From positions 258,690 to 322,689 of the forward strand of contig NMRA01000215.1 of NCBI GenBank assembly GCA_002633005.1: DNA of 64,000 nucleotides. Direction: 5' to 3'. Source of the stretch: Phoronis australis. Taxonomy: Eukaryota; Animalia; Phoronida. The translations under genes were made by a program, and so were the position numbers. The notes below the pieces were generated by a model that had not been told where the DNA came from, ran no database searches, and saw only the letters and a list, made by a program, of their open reading frames with translations. Positions 26,312 through 40,866 of the stretch are shown piece by piece. Position 1 is the stretch's first letter. The number at the start of each line of letters is the position of its first letter.

Positions 26312-26591
26312 CATGGGCGAACTCAGGGGGGGGGGGGGTTGCTCGGGGTGCTCGAACGAGCCCCCTAATTCAGCGAATTGGGCAAAAAGGTCCGCCTCAA
26401 TGAAACAAACAGTTCGAGCAAACGAGACAAAAGTCCACAAAGTCGACAGGAATTCGGCGCGGATACACAATTCGTAGGCCCGAACCTAGTGGCCCCGTTT
26501 TTTTTTTAGTCCTCGTTGATATTTTTCAATAAAAGGTCCGCGTACCGAAAAATTCGAGCCCCCCCTATATTTTAGGCTGGGTGCGCCCATG
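26312..26591. mobile_element. GC-rich MITE, CATGGGCG...CGCCCATG, 5-bp TSD CTTCG
   Basis: 8-bp perfect TIR core; CTTCG at 26307..26311 and 26592..26596; internal poly-G. Confidence 0.8.
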
Positions 26592-27907
26592 CTTCGGTAA
26601 ATCGAGCTTTTGCTTTTGATTAGGAAGTGGATTGATTCGCAACATGTGCCAAAAATTGTGTATTTTCGACAAGCTATCCCGGCGGCTCCATTTTTAGCCA
26701 TTACTAATTACGTCAGTTTGTAGACACTGTCTTCGTACATGCATGCAACATGACGTCAAGGGGCACGCATTAACGGAACACGCTGAGTGTCCCTTTAACT
26801 GGGGCAGTTGAAGGAACTTATTTGTATACGACATTGGACAAGTATACACATGAGGATTGACTGAAAAAAATTTTAAAGGTTGTGTGAATAGAACAGAAGA
26901 CGATTCTTTTGTAAGCCAGGCATGCTTCGTAATAACAGGTGAAGGTAGAACATAGCAAATTTCTTTGAAACTTAATTGGCAAATCTGAAAGCAAAGGCTG
27001 TACGTGTGGGAATTGCGGTCTCCTGACTTGAGAATCGTTACCAGATTCCAAGATTGACATAGTCCACATACACAAGCTGAGAGCATCACACGTCATTAGA
27101 CAGTATCTTTGTTGTGTAATTTGTCGACCGTGATGTTACTGCCGGCCAACCAAGAGAACATCCTCATGTTCAGTATGCCGGTATTTCGTGACCACACAGC
27201 GCGAGAGCACGCGAACGATGTCCGCTGGTGCACCATTTGGTCCAATTTCTCAAAACATTGACATTTGACACGATTTCAAAGACGTTGCTGAAGCCTCACC
27301 GGTAGACAACATTTCACCGTTGACCGAATTTCGTCTACTAGGCACCTTTTCCATGATTTCACGATTTAACATCTTGTAGTGTAGTCTGTCGAGCATAGTT
27401 TCCTCACTGAAGCTACCGTAATGTGCGAGACATGTTATTACAGTCATAAGTTACGTCAACGTTTATTCTAAATCGAACTGATTTATAAAGAGTGGCGTCT
27501 CGTATCTGTCAGTAATTTACATTTTGCATTAAACAAGATGACGTGAGTAATTTCTGTGACCTACGTTCGGAATTACCGCGTTAGCTAATCACTAGTGTAA
27601 GTTTAATGAGAGGTTATCAACTGGATCAACTTTTATTTGTTGTTAAGTTGATTCTTCAAGTGGCGGAAGCAACTTGGATGTTTCGCATTAGCATGTCAAA
27701 CCGCACTGTGCGCACGAACAGTTTTTGAGAACTAACAGACTGTAATTATAATTTAGGTGATTCACAAGCCAACTGGGCTGGTTGTCCGTAATTTGAATCC
27801 TATCAATCGTTCTCTAAACCAGGAAGTGGAAACGATTCCATGGCCGCGCCTCCAAATTCCAGCTACGATCCTCGAAACCCCAAGTTCCGGATCAGTCAAG
27901 GGGAATT

Positions 27908-28328
27908 TGGGGCCGGTTGCATGAGAGTCCCAAATAGGCACTCAACTGAGGTCCCTAAGTCTTTTTGCGTATTTGTGTCTGTATGGACTCACAGGTGCAA
28001 TATTTTTATATCATTTCATCTTCATTATGAGCTCCTTTTTTGATTAAAGACGTTTTTTAGTAATATAAATAAAAACTTGAGCCCACAGTTCATTGAAAAT
28101 AAATAGGGACTCAGTCCTTGAATTGGGGGTGTTGCATGAAAAGACCCCAAATCTGTATTTTCGATAATATTGACAATTCAACTTTGAGTTATCTCAAAGC
28201 TGATTTAGTAAAGAAACTAACAACACAAGAAAGGGCAATCGATGTTTTCACAAGTCGAAAAATACGTAGTAGATTTAGTGAACTTAGTTGAGTCCCTATT
28301 TGCTACTGTTTCATGCAATCGGGCACTG
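27908..28328 (+). mobile_element. MITE of about 430 bp, copy A (TIR GGTTGCATGA.../...TCATGCAATC)
   Basis: Aligns along its length with the reverse complement of 51716..52154. Confidence 0.88.
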
Positions 28329-29163
28329 ATCTCTAGGACTGGAGTTTGGTCACCGTGTATGGAGCATGTCGGAGCATGCGGGTTGTTTATGGACGCGTAG
28401 ACACATAACCTGTTTGTAAATAAGTATTCTCATGGGGGCGTGGGTCTGGAAATTTGTACCGTGGGGATGATGTCTGGTGTTCTGGGTCGGGTTTGAAGGG
28501 TCGTAGTTGAAATTTAAAGGTGCAGGCTCCGAATCCCTTTCTCTTTTGAAATAAAATAAGCCGTTTCACTTGTATGACAACGCGTACACCCACAGCAGTT
28601 TAAGTTTTGAGCATCTGTGGCAAGTTTCTGCTTTTTGTGTTGTTAAAGACCCCAAAATGAACTACAACAAACCTACGTGAGCACGCTTAGAGCCAAGAAA
28701 GTTGAAACGGTTTCTTGAAACGGTCCATAACTGGTTCGAAGTAAATGCAAATTCGCTTTTTGTAATCAACTGGTACTTACCTGAACAAGCCCACCATCTT
28801 AGGTAGATACACCGCAATCGTTACGATTGACTTCCTGCGCCAACAACTTTTATTCGTGTCATTTTTGACGCATTTGTTGTGAAATGACAACCTGAGGACT
28901 GCGGATACTCGTTTGGTGTTCAGTTGTTACGTCACCTTCCACGCGAACGTTTTGGTCGTCTGCTATTAAAGGGCGATTCCATTTTCTTTTAGGGGTAGAC
29001 TGCGATTTGACTATAATTTATTGCAGATATAAATTCAGGCACGATAACGGTACCGTTCAGTGTATAAACCAGCCTTCGGCTCTGTCCAAGGGACGAATGT
29101 GGCGTACTGTGATAGGTCTGTCAAATTTAACTGAGCAAAAGTTATTCAAGTCTGGCGCATTCT

Positions 29164-29314
29164 CACGTGATTGGGTCGTCTGCTGTCCGAATCTTCCTGC
29201 AAGATGCTATAAAACCGTCAAGTGTTTATGCGTGCTTAATTAAGTTGAAACAACACTTAGTCCCGACACTGAGTTCTTTCTGTTCACTGCTGTGTTGGTC
29301 GCGTTTTCGTGAGG
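29164..29314 (+). promoter_or_regulatory. Candidate TATA promoter and short first exon: E-box CACGTG (29164), reverse CCAAT (29170), TATAAAA (29208), donor AGG|GTAGGT (29315)
   Basis: Motif order and spacing are typical of a Pol II core promoter. Confidence 0.4.
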
Positions 29315-32300
29315 GTAGGTGGTCTTGCTAGTTTTGTTAATTGAAACCAACGTATTAAACGAAAGTCATTTGGCATTTTTCTAGTATGATTGTTTAGGGC
29401 CATATCGTTTCAATTTGTTTCTTTATTGCTCCACGAGGAATTAATTTATGGTACCAGTTTATCAGTTGTTTTATTACTTTCACATTGATGGCGAAATACT
29501 CAAGAAGGTGCTTCGTACTTAAAGTTAAACGTACGGCTGACTTTTATCTATCCTCCTACAAAGTTTTTCTTAACATAAGAGTTTCATGGTACACGTCTGA
29601 GAGAAAGTGCATTTTTTATTGTTTTATATCGTACCGACTTTTGGAGTTTGTACTTTTTAACCTTGTACAGTCAAATTGGGACCCTAAAACCGCGATGTTT
29701 TATGTGTTTCTTGAAAGATTTTCAAAGTTTTGCAGTCAATTTCCTAACTTGTACCTCTGATCCTTGAAATGCTGTCTTGCAACAGCTAATAGTTAGAAAT
29801 GGTCGAGTTGGTTTCTGTATAATAAGATGAAAGCAACAACGCAACGGGTTTTGTTAAAAAAGAATAGTTGATCTGAAATCGCTTCACTTCGCCGAACCTT
29901 TCTGTAGCCATGTACCGCCATTGCTCACTTTCGGATGCTGCCGGACGACCGAACCTGAGCGAGTACGTTCAGATGTTCGAATCCACGAGACATATATATT
30001 GATATTCAGTATCTGTTTGCACATTGTTTTTTGTAATTCGACGTCTTTGTGAGCACGTTTATGTTTATATATGTGCATTTACACGAATTTTGATTCGATT
30101 AAGAATGTGGAAGACCTGTATGACCTTGGCTTGAATTCGCAATGTTATCAGCGTTCAATTCGTCAGGTGACCAGTCATATTCAGTGCCGTAGGTATCTTA
30201 AACTCAAATATGCGCGTGCGCTCAAAAATAGGGTTAGAGAGAGTGGAGGGTTTTGCGGCGTGGTTTATGGATTTCATTTTGTTTTAGTCAATTGTATTCG
30301 CCAATTATATATTAATCTATTCAACTCGCAGTAACCTTTAGAGTGAGCACGAAGAGGCCACTGTCACACCAAGGTATTTCTCACTAAATCTCAGAACTGA
30401 ATGAGAACCGAATGTTAAATTTCTCTCATTTCCATCTACCTCTAGCCCGTTTCCTCAAGATGATGAGTTTGGTGTGATGCCATGAAGTACAACTGACTTC
30501 AGCACACCTTTCTCGAAGTTAGTGCATGTCTGCCGTCATAGCCGTTGTGGTTTCAGTTCCATTGTCTCTGATGGCTTCTGTTCCTTTGTGTGGGTTTACT
30601 TAATGCCATTTGCTTTGTTCTTTGCCGTGTTTGTCCAGGGCCGCAGTCGCGGGTTACCTCGCCCCCTCTTTGTGCAGCCAGGGAACGCTCCCCTCAGTAA
30701 AACTCCATTTCTTCAACAATTGCGATGTGAATTCCACGTTATGTTATAAAAATGCCGAATTTATTATAGTGCCTTGTAAAAGTATTTGTCTTCTTTTGTG
30801 TTAATGTTCCTCCCAGTTTTTCTTGACCGTCGTGTATGTCTCAAATACGGATTTCATGTCAGAGTGAAGGTTGCATCAGGGCTGGTTTCGTGCAGTTGGT
30901 GCTGATTAGAACGGTTTTGAGTCATAATCAATACCGTAATCTAGCTACATGGAGATTATAGTTGGCGAATCATTTTATTAAAAGACGTCAGTGGCTAATG
31001 ATATCCAAATTACACAGGTGTAAGTTTTGTACTTCTTTTCAAATTGAGACCTACCTACAAGTGCTTAAACTGTTGGTATGGTTTGTAGACGGAGTAAGCA
31101 GGCGAATCGCTACAACATAAGCGATCGCGCAGAGTAATAAGGTTATTCTGATGGTTAGTGGTCGTTCAACGATAGAAAGGGTTAATCCCTGGACCGAAAG
31201 TGATACGACACCTACTGCGATTTTCCCAGTTAATCACTGGAAAGGGCAGCTTCCCGACTTGTCTTGGAAGGCGAATTCGTCATTTCTAAATAAAAGAAAT
31301 CTTTTTCAAAGGTTGGAAAGGGAGGGAAAGATAATTTAACCATCAACAGTTTAACGTCTGGGCACTGGTTTGTGTTTAGAGAAGCGTACGGGTGTTAGCA
31401 AATATATGGGCATCTATCCAAGTGATGTCTGGGCGAAGACTAGCCAAGAAGAAGATTGAGGGTGGTAGTGTTTTGTTTTGATATCTCAATATTTGGTGTC
31501 GGCGAATGACCACGCCTAGCTCATTGAAGTCAGAGCAACGGTTTACTTTAGATGTCGGATGAGTCTGGTTGTACTTGGCTGTCCTGGTGGTAGAAATTTT
31601 ACCTACGCCATTTAGGTTGCAATGGATTTTGTAATGAAATCGTGTAGAGTTGCGACGACAGCTTTTATTGCGTTTGTTTAGACTTCATAAGGGGAGTCGA
31701 GTCCTGTGCCCTACACGCTTGCTGCGAAATTGGCAAATCAGCAGACCTCAAGCTTTTGGTCGCTAAGTTTTTACGGTTGAAATTGAAATGGTGTACAAGA
31801 TTAAATTGCGAGTATGTGTGTGTTCGAGTACGCGATAAAAAAACTGCTTAAAACAGTTTCATTTCCCAGTCGATTAAAATACCTGAATAAATTGCATTTT
31901 GAATGATTAATGAGAAAAGTTAGAAAACGCTTAAGAACTGCTTAACCAAGTGACATTTGTAGATATATTCACTGTTTACCTGCTACATAACAAATGCATT
32001 GCTGGTGTTCGTAATTATGTGGGCGGTCTCATGATTTTGAACATCATTTTTATGGTAATTCTTATTTAGGTATTTCAATACCAAATTATTAACTTGGAAA
32101 ACATTACAAAACACTCGAGAGCCTTGGAAAAACTGAAGGATTTGTGGTGTTTCTTCTCAATTAAACGTGAACGTCGACGATTCTTGTGAGACCATAACAA
32201 AGATGAACAATATCGGGTAAATTGTGTGGGTCCAAACGCGTCATGAAATGGCCTGGTGTTCGTTCCGTAATGCGAGATGTGCGCGAGTAAAAGTTACAGC

Positions 32301-35300
32301 GTTTATACGTATCGGTCGTAATGCATATGGCGGTAACTAAAGTAATAGGTGTTGTGGCGTTTATCTGACCAAGAGTATTTAATTGACAAGATCTAATGCC
32401 ATACGCGTACCGCAAATTCTTTAAATCCATTTCATGCCTAGTACGCACGTGCGTATCTGCGTACACCGTTACCACGTTCATGCTCCATCAACCTATTGCG
32501 AATTGTGCACGAGCTGTAACCTTTTGGTGACCCTTTTCATGTTTTGGAAAAGTGTAGATCATTCTCGCCTTCGACTTGGCGCTTTAAAAACATTGACGAG
32601 ACACTTCCAACTGGCTGGTGTAGTAGTGCTAAATGGACCACGAAACCTGGCTGCTGAATAGAGACCGCATTTCTACCTGCTATTCGATTTATGCGTATCA
32701 GGGCTAAGTGGTTCTCGTGTGTGTTTTTAGTCGGTGTCTCATTGAAATTCCATCTGAGACAGGGCTTGAAAACCAGGCAGTGCTGTGCGGTAGAGAAGCA
32801 TAAATCATAATTCCATACGTTGCCTGTCCAAAGCTTACTTTATTTCCATAGGGCATGCGGTAACGTGTCGCTGATGCCATGTTAAACGACTGCTGATTGA
32901 TAGTGAAAAACTCGACTGATAACCTCGACTGGTTGTCGATCGTTCTCATTTTCCCGTCCACGTGCCCGATCTGGTAATGAACTTCAAACCAAACGATTAA
33001 ACCTCTTGACGATAAACTCCAGTGAATATTTTACGTCTAACTGTATTACCAAGCACAGCCGTGAGTCCACTAATATTTCTTCATGAAAGCGTGCTCGAAA
33101 ATTCTGGGGGGGGGGGTGGGGGGCGAGTTTGGCCGAATTCGTTTTCGTCTAAATCAAGAGCTTGCCCACTTTTTTGGTTTTCGCGGTCATAGGGTGCTGG
33201 ACTTAAATTTCATTAATAAAAATATAACCAAAGTAGGAAGAGGTTGTAGATTGCAGCGTTTTATGTATGTTTGTGTTTGTTAACTAATTCTATACGTTTC
33301 TAAAAGTAAATTTCGATGTCGCTCACTTCGAGGGTCATTTTGTTAGTGCTCCACCAGAAATTGAAAGTTAGAATTTAAAATTCCAATATTCAATTTGTTT
33401 CATTTGGCAAAATAATTGGGTGAAATTTCTGATAGAATTTATTTGCGTTAACATTCATTTTACAAGTTTTTAATTCATATGAAGCGGACAAATCGTTAAA
33501 AATTTGTTTTCAATTGTGTTGTCTTCGTGAGCTGTAATATAAAGGGACGCTTTGTGTTCGACTAAAACGATATGTTGTATTCGTGCAGTCTTCAAACTTT
33601 GAACTCAAAAGACGTAAAAATGTTTTCTCGACTGCCAGGGTGTTGTGCAATGCCAGTCGAATTTGCCACGAGAGTTTACTGGACTGGTACATCTTGATAA
33701 ACAACACCAGGTCTTGATGTAGTGTACAACTGCACCAGACCTGCACTGGAGAACTCTCCCGATTATTTACATAATCTGTAGAACTTTTTGCCTCAACTCG
33801 TTTAGTTGCCTATATTTCGAATTGGACAGTTGTTTTTTTTCTGGAAGTTGAGCCAATTCTGTTTGAAATTAACCTCCGCGATGATTGTCCAACTCGACTA
33901 ATACAAAGTTATTTGCGGGATGTATTTAATCATGAGTGAAACAGTATTACCACTCTTTAGGAGACACGTGAAAACAATTCGATTTTAAAGTACATTAGTT
34001 GGTTAGTGTCCAAACAAACTGTAGTGTACACTTCAAGTGTTACCTCATGATGTCACGAAAGTACGTGATGTGTTCGGATGGTCTTGGACAGTTTGTTTCA
34101 CTCGTATGCCCACGTAGTTAATTGAAGTGAAAGCAAACATTTAGTGAAAAAGTCGTGTAAACTAAGCACTCAGCCGGCAGGTCATAACTTCCTGCAATTG
34201 ATCAACCTAATGTGCTAGTTATCTGACGAACCTTTAAGATCAGTCGTCACGAGTTTCGGAAGTTAAACCATTCTGTAAATAAATAAACTCAACACCTTTT
34301 TGAAACTACTCTGCACAAAATTGACGGCGTCAGCACTGCTCAATTAAACTAACGAGTAGTATTTGAATGAAGTTTCGCTGCCTGTCGGAAGTTCGCCTTT
34401 CATAACTGTTACGTGTAATGACGTCATCAACAATCCCACAACTCAGATGTCGTCTCCAATGTTTTACTAGATCTCAGCGAACGCTGTTGCAAAATTTGTT
34501 TAGGTGTGTTTTCGCCTGAATAAGTAATGTACACATTCTTTTAACGCGTTAAGACCGGTGTAATGAACGTCAACTAACCCTCAAAATCAACAGACAATCC
34601 CTTGATTTAATGAATGTTTCATCCGTCGAGTATGCGCTATACACACCTGTTGCTATTGGGTGAAATGTATATACATATAATAGTCGTCATGGGTATGATT
34701 CAGAACTGTCTGTTGGTTAAATACAAGAGAATGTGACTGAAAAGCAGGTCGGTGATGTTTCATTCAGTATCAAATTCACCACTCTGCGCTGTCGAAGAGG
34801 CAGTGTGTTGTGGATAAAAAGAGAAAACAAGTGCAATATTATTTCAAAAAAGTATTCAAGAAACTTAAATGTAAAACATCCACAAGGTCGCTTTTTGTAA
34901 TAAGAACATGACCTTCTTTTCAGAAACAAATGACTTGAAATGACAAGCGTGTGTACGCGTTGTAAACGTTTGGATGCCGCGTGATGAGATATTAGAGGCC
35001 AAAGACAAAAAGTTCACTTAGCAGTTCATGGTAGCCCAGTTGGTTTTCTTTTGCGCCATGTTTCTATGAGCCAACGTGTAAACACAGCGAGCTCCTGGGA
35101 GTTGTTCAGAGACGTCGTCTGCGTCTTAGAGCACAAACGCAGCATAGCCTACTGTCTCTCAATTTCACCACTCAATTTCAACCGAACAAAATGCGTTGTG
35201 CTTTTGTAGGACTTTTAAGTTTAGAAATATAGCTTTACCTACAACTGCTTCACACGGACTCGTTAACTGGACCATTTCTTGGGGGTCTTTGAGCTCTCTC

Positions 35301-38300
35301 ATTGTCGAGATTGTTCCTTCCGTCTTACGGGTATTCTCTGGGCTTGCCGGCATCCTTTGCCACTCGTCAGACGTCAGACACACGGTGGCGACACGCGGAA
35401 GGACTCCGGCGTTGAGCGCCTTTATGGTTCGCACCTATTTGTTATATAGTTGTGTTATAAAAACAACGTATGCGAGCATGTGAAAGGCACCGGCTTATGG
35501 AACCTGATGTTTTGATTAGTGACACGTCTCGAAAGTTACCTAAATTCGATATTAATTGGCAGTACAAATGGTCACCCATAGTGTACGATTATGGCTAGAC
35601 GGAGACTTCATTGATCCGTGCGTTGTTGTTTGAGACTTGAAGAGGTTTTATATCTGTAAACATTATGGAGCTCTTGAAGATTCAAAGTTTTACTTCGCGT
35701 ACATAAACTTTCAATGGCGTCCTTGAAAGAAGCAAGTTGTTCTACATAGTCCTACATGTTTATGGTTTATAGCCACTAATTCGACGTTTCTGTCGTTAAT
35801 GCATCATTTAGAATTATGTTGTGTAAAACCTATGTATGAGGCCGTGTCAAAGCTGGCTTACCTGTCGAAGATCACGCACTGCCTGACGATGGCCTGCCTG
35901 AAAGCCCTTTCACCTGGTAGCACTTTGTGGTTTGGGCAATCCGACGTTTACCACTGTCCGGGAGCACGATGGGCGGTCTTCAACCACGACAGTTGATTTT
36001 GTATACGTTCTTGGTAGATTTTGAATGTCTCGCATTGTTATTTAGTGTTACGGTTGTGATAATATCGCTAATCTGATTACTGCTTAGCTAAACACACAAA
36101 GCGAACATGCTCATGTTGATCACATACCGTTTGTTTGTGTTATGTTGACGGTGTTACTGTACTATCGTTAAATATTTACGTACAGACTGTTCGCTAAATG
36201 AGTGTTAATTATTTTTGAGTACGCCCATGACAGGTTGGCTGTTCACTGCTGGAAGAAATCTGTGCCGAGCAGACCGATTTTTTTACCAGCGTCCCTTTTC
36301 ACACGACGATGCGATCGTCGGCGCAGACTTAGTTTTCCCGCCATCTCCGCAAACGATAACGTGACTCGTGTTTTAGGTGTAAGGAGGCGGGGGGATTACA
36401 ATATGTTTGTATGCCGTTGAGTATTTAGTTTCCTATCTTCGGTATTCTCAGCAGTCGACTGGGTACTGGCTAGCAGGTAAGCATGTCCTTTAAGACAAAT
36501 GGTGTCAATTGTCTGCTTTGATATCAGGGATGGTTTATCTTCGGCTAACATTTGCGAAGGTGTCTGTGGGTTTTCGATTTTTTAAAACACCGTTTCCACT
36601 GGATATTTGTAAAGTTAATCCACGCGAAAACGTGTCCCAGGAACATATCTCTCTTTTCGATGCAAAGAACGCGAGTTATTGCATGACTGTCTTTTAATTG
36701 GATACGGTGGTTTTCGTACTTTTTCATTGACTCGTGAACTGAACATAACATTGCTTTTATGATATCAATTCAGCAATTCACGGTCCAACCACTTGAATCT
36801 TTCATCGCTTAGTAGAAGTTTGGACGAATTTCATACCGCTAACCAAGATCTTGACAACGGTGTCTAATTTGCACTCACTTGCTTACTGACGTCAGGGTTT
36901 GCGGAGAAAGTTTTAAGTTTTCATAAAATAAACAAAAGTTCACAACTGTGTCGGTTATGTCCATCGTAAAGTTGTATTTGTAAACAGTTTTCTGTCCAGG
37001 AATTCCACTTGGTGTAGTTGGTGTTGGGCTGTTGAGTTTCATGCAAGACTTTTAGGCCACAGGTAAACTTCCATTCTTTCTGGAATTTTCATCAGTGTCG
37101 GTAAATCTCTAAATCTTCTCCTAGTTGCTATTAATTGATATTGTTATTACCAATGGTTAATATCAGCCCGTTGTCAATGGTGACTGTCTGGTGTCGTGTG
37201 ATTATTAATTGATGCTTGAATAACCATTCTAACTTCATTTGAATTACAAGCTGAAACACTGGTGGTGGAAATATTTTGCCTTTTTGCGGACCACACAATG
37301 CGGAAGTGTTCAATAATCTTTTAGTTAAATTGGTTTAGACATTTGCTTATTGTTCTCCGATGGCTCGAGTGTGTTTTCAATTTCTTTCTCTTCAAATAAA
37401 TTTACTGACTATGACTTACTAAGAACCTCGTGATTTTGAGAATGGCCAGTGGTGGGTAAGCCGTTTTGAACTTTATGATGTCTTAGTTGTTGAACTTTGT
37501 CCGAATACTCTGGCTTAGAAGTTTTCAAGTTTACGTTCTTCGAAATGTGCATGTTTTGAAGACGATTACAGTTCCAGTGCACCTTTTATGTTGACATATC
37601 GTCCAAAATTTAAGTTTATCTCCTATTGGAGATGTACGGCTGTGGGTTTCCTTTGTAGCAAATACTGCTACTTTCTTCGTAATCCCGAACAGTGGCGATT
37701 TTCAAACTCCTCCTTCTCGCCAAATGTCGTTTTAAGTTGTTCTTGATTTTGCCGATTTCCCTTGATTCTATTTCCATACGCCGAAGACCCGTCAGCTCTC
37801 GTTCGGGTTTAATAGTTCCCGTCGGAGTACTACATTGCGCACGCATGATGCGTTTCGTTTTGTCCTCTGTGTAAATCATCAAACGGGGCCAGAGGTTGTG
37901 ATTCAACATGACTTTCAGGTAAACTGACTCTGATAACAATTTCCATTTGTCATGGAATTGAAATAGTACGATTTCTCGATTCTTGTGAAAACCAGGCTAT
38001 TGATAGATGATGTTTCAGGCTATATATCTCGTGGACAGCTCAGTTGTACAATTACCACTATCATGAAATATTCGTGTAATGAATTTTCAAAAACCACACT
38101 AATATCTCTCTTGTTTACGTCTTTGTATGACATTTACGATAACGCAGATAGTTGATAATGAATTAGTCGGCAAGGACTTCCTCTCCTCGAAGACCATTTG
38201 TCGCTTAAAGCGACTTAAATGTGACACTGGCACAACCGCCACCCATGACGAGAACAAAAAATGCGCATCGGGCACGGAGGACGTATATTACCGATAGAAG

Positions 38301-40866
38301 GAATTACGTTGCCTAAGCGTGTGAGTGGTGCTTCACGAAGGCAAAATCGGGTGGACGTTTGTCGATGTTGTAATGCTAAGAGCAAATATTGACAAGTGCG
38401 TGTTATTCTGTCGGAAACCAATCCAAAAATATGCGGCGTTATAGAAACTCAACATCCACTTCGTGAAGGGGAACGTTTTTAACTCGCTTTCTCAGTGGTC
38501 GAGTCGTCGAGGACGCTTAAAAGGAAAGTTGTACTAAACTGCTTAGCTCTTAAATTTGCACAAACACTTTTAGTATCTTTTCTTTACTTGATAAGGTCGC
38601 CTGGTTAAGTTGTTTACAATGTATTGTTAACAAAAGTACGTTCATTGGAAAAAAGTAGGAGTACATATTGAAAATGAAACGGCCCAAAAGCGGAAACCAA
38701 CTTTTCTACAATGTATTTTCATTTGGTGTTACGTGGTATTAACAGCGTGTTTCCTGTTGTAATCTGAATTCAGTTATATTGATATGGAGTTGACTGGTAT
38801 GTTCGAAATGGTACAAGCAGCAATCAAGCGCTGACTGTATGTATACATGACCGTCATGTGAATTCATCACCGTCCATCTGCATACATGAGTCAAGTGCTA
38901 GCGCTGTTTACCCATATGTTTTGACATTCCCCGGCGGATTTGTGTCCGTCGAGTGGCCATCCTTTTGTCCTTCTGGCGGCGTCCGTCACATCTTGTCCAT
39001 TGGAACTGGAGGTTTACCGTCACTGTGGTGACCGGGGACCCGAGTGGGATAAATAGGGCGAAGTGTCCGCTCCAGTATTCGCTGGGGGTATTTCCTAAAG
39101 TTGGCTGGTGTAAAGACGCAGTGCTGCTGGTTGTTTTCTTTTGAGGAACTGTAGTTGTTGTACGGGAGTTTACAGCAAATGAGGCTAACGATGAATGCAA
39201 AAGTTGGTTCTTGGATGGAACAAGATGAAACTGAAAGAGAGGCTGTTTTATGCACGTGTTAGTCAGCACCATCTATTGACACTTAATAGCTTACATACGT
39301 TTTACAACAGTGGTGGAGTTTCTATGTAGTCGAGTTTCTGACGATTGCGTCGCAACTCGACTTATCGGGTCGTGATTTTGGATTTCCGAATGCCTACTCC
39401 TTCTTGCCCGGTGCCTGGATGTTTCTTAAGTTGCTAAGACTTTGCAACGAATATAAAGGCGTGAAAATTCAAAGTTGCCGGGCGCGAGTCTGGAATTGGC
39501 TGATACTTTAAGCCGATATACAGTGATAAATTTATTTGTTAGTCGTGTTCAGCGCCGTGAGATTATTTTTAAACGATAAAAAGAAAGGTTGATTGAAATT
39601 CAATGTACTCCCTATAAGACCTCGAAGGTTATTAAAGTATTGTTATCTTGTGTTTGTGTTTTTAACTTAGTGACGTCAAAACGTGAGGACCATTCCGACA
39701 AGTTCGCTACTCAAGCGCAGATAACTGGTTTATAGTAAATCCGGCAATAAAATAGATACCAGGACAAACACGACCGATATCCCAACATTCATAAACATCC
39801 ATTCATAAATTAGTTAACGACGTAGAGCAGTTTAGTGTCGCTACGCAGTGAAAAAACTTTCGACAAGTTTTTAAATTGCATAACTCGTAGATCAAAATTA
39901 AAACCCGAATAGGAAGGCGAGGATTTTTCAATGAGAATTTTTATCTATTTGCTAAACAATAAACCCTGCAGAAAAAGCCTTATAGATAGTGAGAGAGCAC
40001 AATCTAAGGTTACAGTGATAAAACGACGTTGAAGGACATATCAATTCACATACAGTCCCACGCATATTTTACAAACACGGCTGTCGATTTTCCCCAAAAT
40101 ATCTTATTCGCGTTTGCGTTGCCGTTCGAACTACAAGGGTAACCCCGTTGTCCTCTGAAGATGTCGGCTTGCAATGAGTTAGTTATCTTCCCGTTACTCG
40201 TCTTTTGGGAGCCTGTGATGACCTGTGGGCAAAAATCTCGGGTCCAAGAAGGAGTCTCCGTTTCATTAGATGTTTGTAAACATCAGTTCAGGTGACACCC
40301 GCTCGCACCCGAGGCGATGGACCAGCTATTTTATATCAACAAGCGAACTAATAGGTAGATGATCAGATTAGTGCAGTCATAATCCGAAACCTCCCTTCCG
40401 GTGTCTGTCTATCAACATCATAAACCGTCGAATCTGACGGGAGAGGTACTTTAGCGGTCTCAGATATATTGTAGTAGAAACCATAAATACTAAAACGTAC
40501 GAGAACTACATGTTGTTAGTTTTTGCTGGTCATTGACTGTTGGATCATTTGATATGCTGACGTAAAAAGATGTATTGTCGAAGACTCAGGTGTTGGGTTT
40601 TCATCCGGGTGTTCGGTATCCTAACTGTATCCTATCATCATGTCACTGCCATTTCGCTGTCACGGTAGTGCGTCAATTGTCTATTAATGACATGATTTTC
40701 GTTTGTCGGCCTCATGCAAACCACCAAACTGTTACTCTTAGTCTTTGTCAGCGGATTTCACTTATTACCCGGAAGTTCGCGAGTACTGCGTAGTGCTACC
40801 GTTACCTTTGCCGATTTCGTTTATTGACGGTATTTATGTGACCATACTTATCTGTTTGTTTTTCAG

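Noticed and set aside
32442-32455. 14-bp perfect palindrome TACGCACGTGCGTA
   Set aside because: A few palindromes of this length are expected by chance in 64 kb, and there is no supporting context.
33817-33897. miR-219-like TGATTGTCCAA in an inverted repeat
   Set aside because: It lies on the 3' arm, the loop is about 45 nt, and the match ends at 11 nt.
37938-37960. miR-281-like TGTCATGGAATTG
   Set aside because: Part of a tiny 9-bp hairpin, not a pre-miRNA-sized stem.
37616-39272. Minus-strand ORFs of 107, 124 and 89 aa upstream of MMP21
   Set aside because: No homology recognised and no consistent splice signals; the two longest start at non-ATG codons.
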